A program made the position numbers and the translations under genes. Below are positions 25,220-34,362 of a stretch of 64,000 bases of DNA, in pieces. The notes beneath the pieces are model-generated. The model worked only from the letters and a program-made list of their open reading frames with translations, was not told where the DNA came from and did not search any database. Source of the stretch: Clostridia bacterium (GTDB lineage Bacteria > Bacillota > Clostridia > Christensenellales > UBA1242); assembly GCA_017452445.1 (NCBI GenBank), contig JAFTMH010000002.1, positions 723 to 64,722 on the forward strand. Reading direction: 5' to 3'. How positions within the stretch are numbered: the first letter of the stretch is position 1; the number at the start of each line of letters is the position of its first letter.

Positions 25220-26310
25220 ACATCAAATCCAAGCATTGCAGTAAGGCATGTTGTTTCGAGCAACAATCTTACTGACAAAGTGTATCTCAATTCGCTTTCG
25301 GCACTTGAAAACACTTGCATATATCTGATAAGTTCTTTCTCTTCAAACTTGTCTGCCTGCTCTTTATACATAGCAAAAATATCTTCAGTCAAATTCAAAA
25401 TTTCGTTTGCATTTGCACATGATTTGCACACAAGCAAATTTCTTGCATGCTTTGACAAGTCTTTTGAAAACACTGCCAAATTTTTGCCATCTTTTTCGAT
25501 TTGATCAATAAGTCCAAGCACTTGACCAACATCTTTGTCCTTAACTCTGTCAAAGAAGTTTATGATCAATTCGTGATCGGTAGAACCAAGCACGCTCAAC
25601 GCTTTTTCTTTTGTTATTTCACCTTGGCAATATGATGCGATTGAATCTGCAATTGAAAGAGTGTCTCTCACACTGCCTTCGCCTGCGCTTGCAATGATCT
25701 TCAAACTTTCTTCATCATATTTGATGCCTTCTTTGTCAAACACCTTTGCCAAATGTTTTGCAAGTTCGTCAACAGACACAAGTCTAAAATCAAATCTTAC
25801 ACATCTAGACAAAATTGTTTGTGGCAATTTGTGAACTTCTGTTGTAGCCAAAATAAAGATTACATATGAAGGTGGCTCTTCCAATGTTTTGAGAAGTGCG
25901 TTGAAAGCACTGTCTGACAACATATGAACTTCGTCCACGATATAAACTTTGTATTTTGCGCCAACAGGCATAAATTTTACTTTTTCTCTAATTTGACGGA
26001 TATCATCAACTTTGTTGTTTGATGCAGCATCAATTTCGATGATGTTGATGTCGTTTTCTTGCTCCAATCTCTTGCAGTTTTCACATTGTCCACAAGCTGA
26101 GCCATGGTCAGGTGTAAGACAGTTTACAGCTTTTGCCAAAATCTTTGCAATGCTTGTCTTTCCCGTACCACGAGAGCCAGTAAAAAGATAGGCATGACCG
26201 ATTTGATTGTTTACAATCTGATTTTGCAATGTTTTTGCAATGTGGTCCTGCCCAATCACTTCATCAAAAGTTTTTGGTCTGTATTTTCTGTAAAGAGCAA
26301 TATGATTCAT
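25207..26310 (-). CDS. dnaX: DNA polymerase III subunit gamma/tau, zero-frame product (domains I-III, 367 aa)
   Basis: It has Walker A GSRGTGKTS, the Zn module CGQCENC, DEVHML, and sensor SRC. SD GGAGAAAAA. Confidence 0.92.
   Translation of the reverse strand: MNHIALYRKYRPKTFDEVIGQDHIAKTLQNQIVNNQIGHAYLFTGSRGTGKTSIAKILAKAVNCLTPDHGSACGQCENCKRLEQENDINIIEIDAASNNKVDDIRQIREKVKFMPVGAKYKVYIVDEVHMLSDSAFNALLKTLEEPPSYVIFILATTEVHKLPQTILSRCVRFDFRLVSVDELAKHLAKVFDKEGIKYDEESLKIIASAGEGSVRDTLSIADSIASYCQGEITKEKALSVLGSTDHELIINFFDRVKDKDVGQVLGLIDQIEKDGKNLAVFSKDLSKHARNLLVCKSCANANEILNLTEDIFAMYKEQADKFEEKELIRYMQVFSSAESELRYTLSVRLLLETTCLTAMLGFDVKKN
25211..25219 (-). other. A9 slippery run (candidate -1 frameshift or transcriptional-slippage site, or a homopolymer indel)
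   Basis: The minus strand reads GAT GTA AAA AAA AAC TGA. The heptamer A_AAA_AAA is in X_XXY_YYZ phase, and the zero-frame stop is one codon later. Confidence 0.6.
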
Positions 26311-26322
26311 TTTTTCTCCGTT

Positions 26323-27072
26323 TTAGTAAGTTTCTTTGCACATAATTGCAAAGTTTTCAACATCAAGGCAAGCCCCACCAACAAGCACACCGTTGACTGT
26401 GTCATTTGCCAAAATCTTTTTGTAATTTGACAAATTTACACTTCCACCGTAAAGCACTGTAAGTTTTTCTTTTGCCTTTGCTGAATATAAGTATTCAATT
26501 TCGTTTCTAATTGTTTCCATCATCTTTGTGATGTCTTTGTTTGTAGGAACTTTTCCTGTGCCGATCGCCCAGATAGGTTCGTAAGCAATTGCAACACTGT
26601 CAAGTTCGTTTTCGTAAATGCCTTTCAAATCTTCGTCAAGTTGTTTCTTAACAAATGCTGTCGCTTGTTTCGCAGTGCGAGTTTGCAAGTTTTCACCAAC
26701 ACAAAGCACAACTTTAAGTCCGTTTGCAAGGGCTGTTTTGATTTTTTTGTTGATAAGTCGGTCAGTTTCTTTATACTTTCCTCTTCTTTCTGAGTGACCA
26801 ATGATTGTATATGTCGCACCAGAATCTTTTATCATACTTGCACTGACTTCACCAGTGAAAGCACCTTTTTCTTCATCAGAAATGTTTTGTGCACCAAATT
26901 CTACTTTGCTGTGTTCCAAAAGTTCGCCAGCCAAATGCAAGTGTGTAAATGGCGGACATACAACCACATCGTTTTTTGTCCCCTTAACCTTTGTTGCAAG
27001 TGTCATTGCATAATTTTTGAACTCGCTAGGCTTGGTGTTCATTTTAAGATTTCCAATGATAAGTTTTTTCAT
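26323..27072 (-). CDS. tpiA: triose-phosphate isomerase
   Basis: 249 aa with the motifs IIGNLKMN, IIGHSERR and AYEPIWAIGTG. SD AAGGGAGAAG. Confidence 0.96.
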   Translation of the reverse strand: MKKLIIGNLKMNTKPSEFKNYAMTLATKVKGTKNDVVVCPPFTHLHLAGELLEHSKVEFGAQNISDEEKGAFTGEVSASMIKDSGATYTIIGHSERRGKYKETDRLINKKIKTALANGLKVVLCVGENLQTRTAKQATAFVKKQLDEDLKGIYENELDSVAIAYEPIWAIGTGKVPTNKDITKMMETIRNEIEYLYSAKAKEKLTVLYGGSVNLSNYKKILANDTVNGVLVGGACLDVENFAIMCKETY

Positions 27073-27096
27073 AACTTCTCCCTTCTTGTTTTCAAA

Positions 27097-28266
27097 TTAG
27101 ATGCTGTCAATAACATCAATTGCAGCCAAAACTTTACCTTCCATAAGTTTCAAACTTGCACCACCACCTGTTGAAAGGTGATTGATTTTGTCAGAAACCC
27201 CAACTTGATTGATAGCACTCAAACTGTCGCCACCACCAACAACTGAATAGGCTTGACTCTTTGCAACGGCTTTTGCAATTTTTGTTGTACCTTTTTTAAA
27301 TCTGTCATCTTCAACTTTGCCGACAGGTCCATTCCAAAGGATTTGTTTTGCATTTGCGATTTCGTTTGCAAACATCTTGATTGTTTTTGGACCAATGTCA
27401 AATCCAACCATGCCTCTTTCAAGGATTTCTGTTTTCACTGCTTTATCTTTTTCGGCAATCAATGCCATGTGATCGATTGGAAGCAAAATTTTTACGCCTT
27501 TTTCTTCTGCAACTTGCATCAAGTCTCTTGCGTCATCGACCAAATCAAGGTCAACAATAGAGTCCCCAATATTATATCCTTTTGCTTGCAAGAATGTGTA
27601 TGCCATGCCCCCACCAATGATGATGGAATCTGCCTTGTCAATAACATTGTTGATAAGTTTAAGTTTGTCAGAAACCTTTGCCCCACCAAAGATAGCCACA
27701 AAAGGTCTTTGAGGTTTTTCAAACGCTTGTCCAAACACTTGAAGTTCTTTTTCAATACAATAACCAATTGCGCTTGGAAGTTTGAGAGCAACACCATAAT
27801 TTGAAGCATGCTTTCTGTGAGCAACACCAAAAGCATCGTCAACATAAAGTTCTGCCAAAGAAGCAAGTTTTTGAGCAAAGTCAGCAGAGTTTTCTTCTTC
27901 GCCAGGGTGGAATCTCAAGTTTTCCAAAACCAAGATTTCTCCATCTTTCAATTTTGCTACAGCATCCTCCACTTCAGGTCCAACAACCTTTCCACAAAAC
28001 TTAACTTTGTTTGGAAAACACTTCATCAAATAAACAGCCACTGGAAAGAGCGACAAATATTTGTCATAACCATTTGGTCTGCCAAGGTGAGAGCACACAA
28101 TAAGCTTTGCACCATGCTTTGACAAATGTGTAAGTGTAGGCAATGTTGCCACAATACGACTGTCGTCCAAAATATCGCCATAATTGTCAAGAGGGACATT
28201 GAAATCACAACGCACCAAAATTCTCTTGCCTTTAATATTTTTTAAATCTCTAACTGTTCTTTTCAT
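27097..28266 (-). CDS. pgk: phosphoglycerate kinase
   Basis: The motifs RCDFNVPL, FGGAKVSDK and STGGGASL are present. The ATG at 28266 (MKRTVRDL) follows SD GAAGGA. The track start at 28338 is an unsupported extension. Confidence 0.95.
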   Translation of the reverse strand: MKRTVRDLKNIKGKRILVRCDFNVPLDNYGDILDDSRIVATLPTLTHLSKHGAKLIVCSHLGRPNGYDKYLSLFPVAVYLMKCFPNKVKFCGKVVGPEVEDAVAKLKDGEILVLENLRFHPGEEENSADFAQKLASLAELYVDDAFGVAHRKHASNYGVALKLPSAIGYCIEKELQVFGQAFEKPQRPFVAIFGGAKVSDKLKLINNVIDKADSIIIGGGMAYTFLQAKGYNIGDSIVDLDLVDDARDLMQVAEEKGVKILLPIDHMALIAEKDKAVKTEILERGMVGFDIGPKTIKMFANEIANAKQILWNGPVGKVEDDRFKKGTTKIAKAVAKSQAYSVVGGGDSLSAINQVGVSDKINHLSTGGGASLKLMEGKVLAAIDVIDSI

Positions 28267-28340
28267 ATAAAAATCCTTCTTCAATAGTTTACACCATTTG
28301 CCTTGTAAATCAAAACAAATTGAAACAAAAATTTTCAAAC

Positions 28341-29264
28341 TTAGTTTAGCGCATTTTTAAGCAATGCCAAACATTCGTCAATATCGTTGCAAGTAGCAAG
28401 TTTAAGTCGCAACTCTGTGGACAACGGAATGTCACAAGCATACCACAAAAAGTGTTTTCTTATGTAGAGTTTGAGCCAATTTTCATCAAAATGTTGTCTC
28501 AAAATTTCTATGTGTTTTTCTACGGTTTTGTATTTGTCAATTTGAATGTCGTTTTGTTTGAGTTGGGCAAAAAGCCATGGTCTGCCCATGCTTCCACGAC
28601 CAACCATCACCCCATCAACTCCGGTTTCTTTCATCTTTTGCAAACTTGCAAAGTCGACAACATCACCGTTGCCAAGCACTGGGATTGAAAGTTTTGCTTT
28701 GAGCGAAGCAATCGCTTCATAATCTGCTTTGCCGCTGTAACCTTGCTCAACAGTCCTTGCGTGAAAAGTCACAAAATCGGCTCCACAATCTTGACACATT
28801 CTGCCAAACTCAACATAGTTTTCTGTGCTCTTGCCTTTTCTAAACTTGACCGACACAGGTTTTGTTGTCGAATTTTTCACAGCAGTGATAAGTTTGCTTG
28901 CAAGTGGCAAATTGTCCATAAGTGCCGACCCTTCGCCGTTTTTGACAATCTTTGGCGCTGGACAGCCCATGTTTATGTCAAACATATCAAACTTTTCAAG
29001 AAGTGGCGAGGCCACTGCCTTTGCCATATAATCTTCTTCATGCCCAAACACTTGAGCAATCTTGATTTTTTCTTCTCCGGTAGTGAGGGTCAAAAACTCT
29101 GTCTTTTTGGGATTGTGTGCCATTGCCCTTGCAGACAACATTTCCGTAACCGTTGCATCTGCACCAAAAGAAGATGCCAAAGCCCTAAAGCCGACATCTG
29201 TCACACCTGCCATTGGCGCCAAAAGTATAGGATCGTCCGAAAAGTCCAAGTTTTTAACTTTCAT
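28341..29264 (-). CDS. dus: tRNA-dihydrouridine synthase (DusB-like)
   Basis: 307 aa with LAPMAGVTDVGFR, INMGCPAPK and a TIM-barrel FMN pattern. Confidence 0.88.
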   Translation of the reverse strand: MKVKNLDFSDDPILLAPMAGVTDVGFRALASSFGADATVTEMLSARAMAHNPKKTEFLTLTTGEEKIKIAQVFGHEEDYMAKAVASPLLEKFDMFDINMGCPAPKIVKNGEGSALMDNLPLASKLITAVKNSTTKPVSVKFRKGKSTENYVEFGRMCQDCGADFVTFHARTVEQGYSGKADYEAIASLKAKLSIPVLGNGDVVDFASLQKMKETGVDGVMVGRGSMGRPWLFAQLKQNDIQIDKYKTVEKHIEILRQHFDENWLKLYIRKHFLWYACDIPLSTELRLKLATCNDIDECLALLKNALN

Positions 29265-29270
29265 TGTTTT

Positions 29271-29299
29271 ATTATATTAGCATATTTTTTTTGTTAAAC
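29271..29299 (-). promoter_or_regulatory. candidate promoter giving a leaderless dus mRNA
   Basis: Minus strand: TATAAT (29271-29276), 6 nt (aaaaca), ATG (29262-29264). There is no SD, and only a weak -35 (TTTAAC/GTTTAA). Confidence 0.4.
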
Positions 29300-29341
29300 A
29301 AAAGAAAAAACAAGCCTTAAACTTGCTTTTTTCAAAAAATT

Positions 29342-29617
29342 TTATTTGTCAAGTGCATATTTGAATGCATCAAAACCCTGAAACTCAATCACCTTTTTTG
29401 CCACACTTGTGCAAAATCGTTGAATTTGAGGATTGAAATATCTGCAAGATTTTCTTTCTTTCAAGACAAACTTTCCAAAATTTTTGACCGAAATCTGCCC
29501 ACCTTTTGAGCACACTTCAACAATTGTTTCCTTTGCCGCTTCCAACACTTTCAGGCAGCAAACCTTTGAAAACCCTGTCCTTTTTGCCAACAATTCTACC
29601 AACTCACACTTGTTCAA
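29342..29617 (-). CDS. hup: divergent, cysteine-rich HU/IHF-family DNA-binding protein
   Basis: The 91-aa length and pattern (MNKxELVELLAKRTGFSK…VSVKNFGKFVLKERKS-x-RYFNPQ…) fit HU. Apparent TTG start with SD GAGGTG. It contains six Cys. Confidence 0.7.
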   Translation of the reverse strand: MNKCELVELLAKRTGFSKVCCLKVLEAAKETIVEVCSKGGQISVKNFGKFVLKERKSCRYFNPQIQRFCTSVAKKVIEFQGFDAFKYALDK

Positions 29618-29657
29618 TTTTCACCTCACAAAACAAGCATTTCCATTTTGACAAACT

Positions 29658-31202
29658 CTAGACATTTTGGGTTTCTTTTTTGTGGAAAAGTGGAAAAAGT
29701 GTTTTGATTGCAAATGGAGCAACTGCAAAAAAATAGACAAACACTCCAATCAAAACAGCCCCAATCAAAGCAAGCATCGGCACGAGCGAACCAACTCGCA
29801 AAAAGGCACTTGCCGACACATACATAAGCAAAGTTGCAACAAGCAAATTACCCATCTGCCAAAATGAAATTTTAAAGTTGAAACTTTGTTTCAATTTTGC
29901 CAAAGCAACCACGCAAACTATACCTGAAAAAACTAGATTTCCTATTGCCAAAGCATAGACATTGACAAACGAAAATCCTGCAAGAAAAATTGTCAACACA
30001 ACTTTAACTACGCTCGCCATTGCCGTAAGCACAGCAACAAATCCAAATTCTCCTTTTGCTTGCAAAATCATAATCGCATATTGCATCAGGGCAGTAAAAA
30101 CTGTTGCAAAAGCACTATACAAAGTCAAGTTTGTGGCAAAGAGCAAAATTTCATAAGTCACCATTGGATAAATCAAACTATACAGCACCTTTGCAACTGC
30201 TGCCAAGCCAAAGGTTGTTGGAAGCACAAAAAACAGCAACAATTTAAATCCCTTTTCAATTGCAGAACCAACATTTTCGCCTTTAGACATCAAAAACGCA
30301 AAATTGGGCAGACATGCTGCTGCAACAGCGACCGAAATTGAAAGTGGCAAATTTAGCATTGTGCCGACTATGCCCGTCTGCACGCCAAACAACTCTGTTG
30401 CCCTTGACGCAGATAGCCCAGCCACTTGCAACCGACCAACAATAAAAAAACTGTCAATCATGTTGGCAAGTGGCAAACTGATTGCCGAAAGTGTCAACAA
30501 AAAATTGCTTTTGTCATATTCTTTTCTTGTTGCCCACAAATTTTTAGCTTTACGATAAAACACACATCTTTTGCGTTTTCTCAAATGCCACACAAAAAGC
30601 AGTGCTACCGTCAACACCTCACTCAAAGTTATACCTATAAACGCTCCAAACACGCCAGAAGTCAAACTCTGCTTGCTAAACACAACAGCAAGCGCCAAGC
30701 CAAACACAAACTTTGCCGATTGCTCCAAAATCTGGCTGACTGTCGTTGGCAACATATTTTCTTGTCCTTGAAAATACCCTCTAAACACAGCCATACCTGC
30801 GCCCAAAGGCAGCAAAATCACAAACAACAAATAACTCTTGTTTGGATTTATGTGTTGAAAAGTGGAAATGTTTTTCCAGCAAAGTGCCAACAACACACCA
30901 AGCAATGTCGCAAGTCCCACGGCCTGAAACATGGCTCGCCTGAAGCAAGCATTGAGTTTGACAAAGTCGCCTTTTGCCCTGTGAGAAGCCACCAATTTTG
31001 AAAGCGCCACAGTTGCGCCTCCACTTGAAAGCACAAGTGCAAAAGAAAAGGTTGACATTATCAGTTGAAAAACACCAATTCCCTCAACTCCCAACACATT
31101 TGTCAGTGGCAACCTAAACAAAGCGCCCACGACCTTGCATATCAAACCACTTGCAAGCAACAGCGTTGCATTTATTCCAACTTTGGATTTGCCAGTTGTC
31201 AT
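29658..31202 (-). CDS. MOP-superfamily flippase (MurJ/SpoVB-like lipid II or polysaccharide exporter)
   Basis: About 14 predicted TM helices with the typical N-terminal pattern INATLLLASGLICKVVGALFRLPLTNVLGVEGIGVFQ. The start was chosen at ATG 31202 after GGGAGAAAG. The track start is 31244. Confidence 0.7.
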   Translation of the reverse strand: MTTGKSKVGINATLLLASGLICKVVGALFRLPLTNVLGVEGIGVFQLIMSTFSFALVLSSGGATVALSKLVASHRAKGDFVKLNACFRRAMFQAVGLATLLGVLLALCWKNISTFQHINPNKSYLLFVILLPLGAGMAVFRGYFQGQENMLPTTVSQILEQSAKFVFGLALAVVFSKQSLTSGVFGAFIGITLSEVLTVALLFVWHLRKRKRCVFYRKAKNLWATRKEYDKSNFLLTLSAISLPLANMIDSFFIVGRLQVAGLSASRATELFGVQTGIVGTMLNLPLSISVAVAAACLPNFAFLMSKGENVGSAIEKGFKLLLFFVLPTTFGLAAVAKVLYSLIYPMVTYEILLFATNLTLYSAFATVFTALMQYAIMILQAKGEFGFVAVLTAMASVVKVVLTIFLAGFSFVNVYALAIGNLVFSGIVCVVALAKLKQSFNFKISFWQMGNLLVATLLMYVSASAFLRVGSLVPMLALIGAVLIGVFVYFFAVAPFAIKTLFPLFHKKETQNV

Positions 31203-31281
31203 ATATCCACTTTCTCCCATTGTTTTGATAATAGGGTGGTGCATAGCAACATAAAATATTCAAATTTTTAAAAAAATGGTA

Positions 31282-31310
31282 TTTACAAAAAACAAAAGCC
31301 GTGTTATAAT
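31282..31310 (+). promoter_or_regulatory. strong promoter of the 172-aa gene
   Basis: TTTACA (31282-31287), a 17-nt spacer ending in TGt, TATAAT (31305-31310). SD AAGGAGA and ATG 31340 follow. Confidence 0.75.
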
Positions 31311-31339
31311 TAGACAACTGATAAAAAAGGAGATTTACT

Positions 31340-31858
31340 ATGAATATTCCTCAAAATGCCATTTATGAAAGATCAAACGACAAACACCCAGGTTTGCTTA
31401 TTATGCAAGAAGGCAAATCTGCTGCAGCAAAAATCCCACTCAAACTTCTCAAAGAAGCAATCAACAGTCTTACAGCATTGTTGACCGATGATGGCGAATT
31501 TTTTACATTTATCACAAGCACTTCAAAAGAAGCAACAAACAAACTTATTGCAACAAGAAACAGATTGTCAACACAAATTTCAGGTTCGTTGTTTGACTTA
31601 AGAAATGCAAAAGCACAAATCACAATGCCTGATCCATTCTATTTTACAGAAAAGTATCAACAACTTGTAAAAGACATTGATGCTGGTATCGTTGATGAAA
31701 AGAAAGCAACTCTTGCTTTTGCTGGCGAATTCTTCTTGGCAATGGAAGATTCAATCGAAAAAAACAAAGAGTCTGCTAGAGCAGCAGGGATTACACTTTC
31801 TTCTCCAAATTTAGAAGCCGGTGGAAATCCAATTGGAAAACCACCAAAACACAAATAA
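31340..31858 (+). CDS. hypothetical protein (172 aa)
   Basis: ORF with a strong promoter, SD and terminator. No recognisable family and no TM or signal peptide. Confidence 0.6.
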   Translation: MNIPQNAIYERSNDKHPGLLIMQEGKSAAAKIPLKLLKEAINSLTALLTDDGEFFTFITSTSKEATNKLIATRNRLSTQISGSLFDLRNAKAQITMPDPFYFTEKYQQLVKDIDAGIVDEKKATLAFAGEFFLAMEDSIEKNKESARAAGITLSSPNLEAGGNPIGKPPKHK

Positions 31859-31870
31859 TACAAACAAAAA

Positions 31871-31899
31871 AAGAGATGAAGTTTTCATCTCTTTTTTTA
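31871..31899 (+). terminator. bidirectional intrinsic terminator shared by convergent genes
   Basis: Stem AAGAGATGAA (31871-31880) / TTCATCTCTT (31884-31893), flanked by A7 and T7. The stop codon of the minus-strand gene (31897-31899) lies in the T-run. Confidence 0.85.
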
Positions 31900-33222
31900 T
31901 TTGTCTCTTTCTCTTCCCAACCCGTCTATGTTTGGATCTGGAAAATTCACTTGTTTACCCCTTCCTACTTCTCCCAAGTTGTTGAGAAGTTGTCTAAGTT
32001 CCATCATTTCAAGTTCTTCTTCAGAATATTCACCTGATTCGTATGGAGACATTGGAGGTGTTGTAGGCACAGGTCTAACAGGAGTTGGTGGTCTAACGCC
32101 AATTGTCACGCTTCCAGTAAGATTTGGGATTTGTGGTCTTGGATTGATTGCCAATGGCACATCATCTTTGAGTGTTGGTCTGACTGTTGGTGTGTCAAGT
32201 TTTACACCACCGCCACCACCAGAAATCTTTGGCAATTTGCCCCAATCGATTTTGACAGCTCCACCACCGGATCCGCCGCCACCACCTTTGCTTTTGCCAC
32301 CTTTCTTTTTTGCAGGGGCATCAGCTTTCTTTTCGGCTGGCTTTTCTTCTTTTTTAGCTTCTTTCTTCTCAACATGGACAACACCATCTCTCACCAAAAC
32401 TCTGTTGAGGGGGCCACTGTATCCAGCAAGTGCTGCTGCCGCATCTTTGTTTGCAAGCAACATTTCAAATGCTTTGTGGCTCAACATCAATCTGTCAAGA
32501 ATGTTTTTCATTTTTGTGTTGTCCAATCTGATGCTTGGATCTTTTTGCGCAAGCTTTTCAATCAATTCCATATACAAGGCTTTGATTTTTGCACCAAGCT
32601 CGCCACAACCTTCCAACAACTTGAGCAATTTTGCCAAATAAAGTTGTGACAAAACTTCTGTAAGCTCAATGCTGAAGTTGTAGTCTTCTGTTTGCGAATG
32701 CATATAAGAATAAATGAAATCATTTTTTTCATATTCTTCTTCTTGAAGATGAATATTCCATGCTTTGTAAACATTTTCCTTAAACTTTGGAGAATAAGGT
32801 TCGACAATGTCACCAAGTTCGGTAACATGTTTAATATCTTCCTCAAGGCCATGTTCAACTTCAATCAAAGACAAATGTGCATTGCAGTATGACTCTGAAA
32901 TATCCAAAACGACCTTAAAGTTGAGCACATGATTGCCCACTTTTGCAGATGAATAATAGTTGTCTCCATCTTTCTCTTCAAACTTTTTTGGAATGTTTAC
33001 CAAATCTTGCAAAATCTGATCGTTTGTGATCTTATATTTTCCATCAGCAGAAAAAGTTCCAAGCAAACCATCTTTGATTTTTGTTTGGTAATAGAACACT
33101 TTCAAGTATTCATTTTTTACTTTTTCAACATCAACAGCAGGCTCTGTCGCTGGTGCAGAAGGTTGCGCTGCAGGAGCAGATGCAACTGCGTTGAGTTTCT
33201 CTTCTTTCTTTTGTTTTCCCAT
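31897..33222 (-). CDS. hypothetical protein with a folded N-terminal half and a K/G/P-rich disordered C-terminal half
   Basis: 441 aa from ATG 33222 (MGKQKKEEK). The C-terminal half contains KKEAKKEEKPAEKKADAPAKKKGGKSKGGGGGSGGG, GGGGG, PPTPVRPVPTTPPMSPY and an acidic stretch EEELEMMELRQLL. No family was recognised. Confidence 0.6.
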   Translation of the reverse strand: MGKQKKEEKLNAVASAPAAQPSAPATEPAVDVEKVKNEYLKVFYYQTKIKDGLLGTFSADGKYKITNDQILQDLVNIPKKFEEKDGDNYYSSAKVGNHVLNFKVVLDISESYCNAHLSLIEVEHGLEEDIKHVTELGDIVEPYSPKFKENVYKAWNIHLQEEEYEKNDFIYSYMHSQTEDYNFSIELTEVLSQLYLAKLLKLLEGCGELGAKIKALYMELIEKLAQKDPSIRLDNTKMKNILDRLMLSHKAFEMLLANKDAAAALAGYSGPLNRVLVRDGVVHVEKKEAKKEEKPAEKKADAPAKKKGGKSKGGGGGSGGGAVKIDWGKLPKISGGGGGVKLDTPTVRPTLKDDVPLAINPRPQIPNLTGSVTIGVRPPTPVRPVPTTPPMSPYESGEYSEEELEMMELRQLLNNLGEVGRGKQVNFPDPNIDGLGRERDK

Positions 33223-33228
33223 GCCCTT

Positions 33229-33257
33229 ATTATACAATACAACTTCACTTTTTGCAA
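33229..33257 (-). promoter_or_regulatory. promoter predicting a leaderless mRNA for the 441-aa gene
   Basis: Minus strand: TTGCAA (33252-33257), a 17-nt spacer, TATAAT (33229-33234), 6 nt (aagggc), ATG (33220-33222). Confidence 0.6.
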
Positions 33258-33276
33258 GACATTTTTTTATGGCGTA

Positions 33277-33591
33277 TTATTTTTTCAAAAAGGTTATGCA
33301 CAGTGGTTTTTCTTTTATGTCGTTAAGCGTAATCCCGTTTGCTACGCATTTTCCATCTTTGTTGAAAAGGCAATGCGCTTTGCATTCAATCTCAATGGCA
33401 AGAGAATCTCTTTGTGGCGCATACTTTGGTGGATTGTCCGAAAAAATATATTGCGTTTTGTCCACTTTTGGTTTTTGCAAATTTTCTTCAAATTTTTGAC
33501 AACAACAATCTTTTTCAATCAAAATTTCTTTCGCCTTGCAGGTGTATTTGTCGTTGTATACGCAACCTGTCTTTCTGCATCTAATGTCCAT
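33277..33591 (-). CDS. DUF1540-like cysteine-rich protein (two Cys-motif halves)
   Basis: 104 aa. Each half has the pattern C-x-x-x-x-C-x-Y-N…C-x-A…I (CRKTGCVYNDKYTCKAKEILI and CKAHCLFNKDGKCVANGITL). SD GAGGAGAAAG. Confidence 0.6.
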   Translation of the reverse strand: MDIRCRKTGCVYNDKYTCKAKEILIEKDCCCQKFEENLQKPKVDKTQYIFSDNPPKYAPQRDSLAIEIECKAHCLFNKDGKCVANGITLNDIKEKPLCITFLKK

Positions 33592-33674
33592 ACTTTCTCC
33601 TCAAAGTTATCTTTGCCAATTCTTGACAAAACAAACCAGATTGTTGTAAACTTGTTTTGAAAAGGAGAATAAGT

Positions 33675-34118
33675 ATGAAAGTAGTTTTGCTTAAAGATGT
33701 AAAAGGCACTGGAAAGAAAGGCGAAATCAAAGAAGTTGCAGACGGATTCGCAAAAAACTTTCTTTTGAAAAATGGAATGGCTCGCATCGCTGACAATTCT
33801 GCAATGAACGAAAACAAAATCCAAGGCGAAGCAGCAAAATATCACAAACAACAAGAAATTGCAGCAGCAAAAGCACTTGCTGAAAAACTTGAAGGCAAGT
33901 CAGTAACTCTCAAAATCAAATGTGGAAGCAATGGCAAAACATTTGGTTCTATCACAAGCAAAGAAATCGCTGATCAACTTCAAAAAATCGGCATCTCTCT
34001 CGACAAAAAGAAAATTGATTTGAAAGAAGCAATCAAATCATCAGGTTCTTACACTGTTGTTGCAAAAATTTATCCTGAAGTAACTGCAAAGTTTTCTGTT
34101 GTGGTTGAAGCAGAATAA
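33675..34118 (+). CDS. rplI: 50S ribosomal protein L9
   Basis: [36 protein letters not shown]… is the canonical bL9 N-terminus. The ATG at 33675 follows SD AAGGAGAA. The track start at 33657 is upstream and non-canonical. Confidence 0.95.
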   Translation: MKVVLLKDVKGTGKKGEIKEVADGFAKNFLLKNGMARIADNSAMNENKIQGEAAKYHKQQEIAAAKALAEKLEGKSVTLKIKCGSNGKTFGSITSKEIADQLQKIGISLDKKKIDLKEAIKSSGSYTVVAKIYPEVTAKFSVVVEAE

Positions 34119-34120
34119 AA

Positions 34121-34147
34121 CAAAACTGCCAGCTGGCAGTTTTTTTG
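34121..34147 (+). terminator. bidirectional intrinsic terminator (rplI and the convergent small gene)
   Basis: The palindrome ACTGCCAGCTGGCAGT (34125-34140) is flanked by AAAA and TTTTTTT. Confidence 0.85.
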
Positions 34148-34150
34148 TTG

Positions 34151-34327
34151 TCAAAATCGTTTTTTATCGTGCTTACATAGTCGCCTTTTCCCAACAAGGG
34201 TGGCAAGTGAGCACATAATTTGATTTAACAAACATCTCAACTCTTCAATTTCTTCTTCATCAAGCCCTTTTGCAAGTTGCATTGCAACGCTTGTTGCAAA
34301 CAGCACCTTTTCTTCATCTGTTTTCAT
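34151..34327 (-). CDS. hypothetical small protein (58 aa)
   Basis: ORF MKTDEEKVLFATSVAMQLAKGLDEEEIEELRCLLNQIMCSLATLVGKRRLCKHDKKRF, from ATG 34327. The track start at 34378 would overlap the rsmA 3' end. Coding status is unproven. Confidence 0.4.
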   Translation of the reverse strand: MKTDEEKVLFATSVAMQLAKGLDEEEIEELRCLLNQIMCSLATLVGKRRLCKHDKKRF

Positions 34328-34362
34328 ATTTTGTTTTATTCCCAAAAAACAAAAAATGCCAA

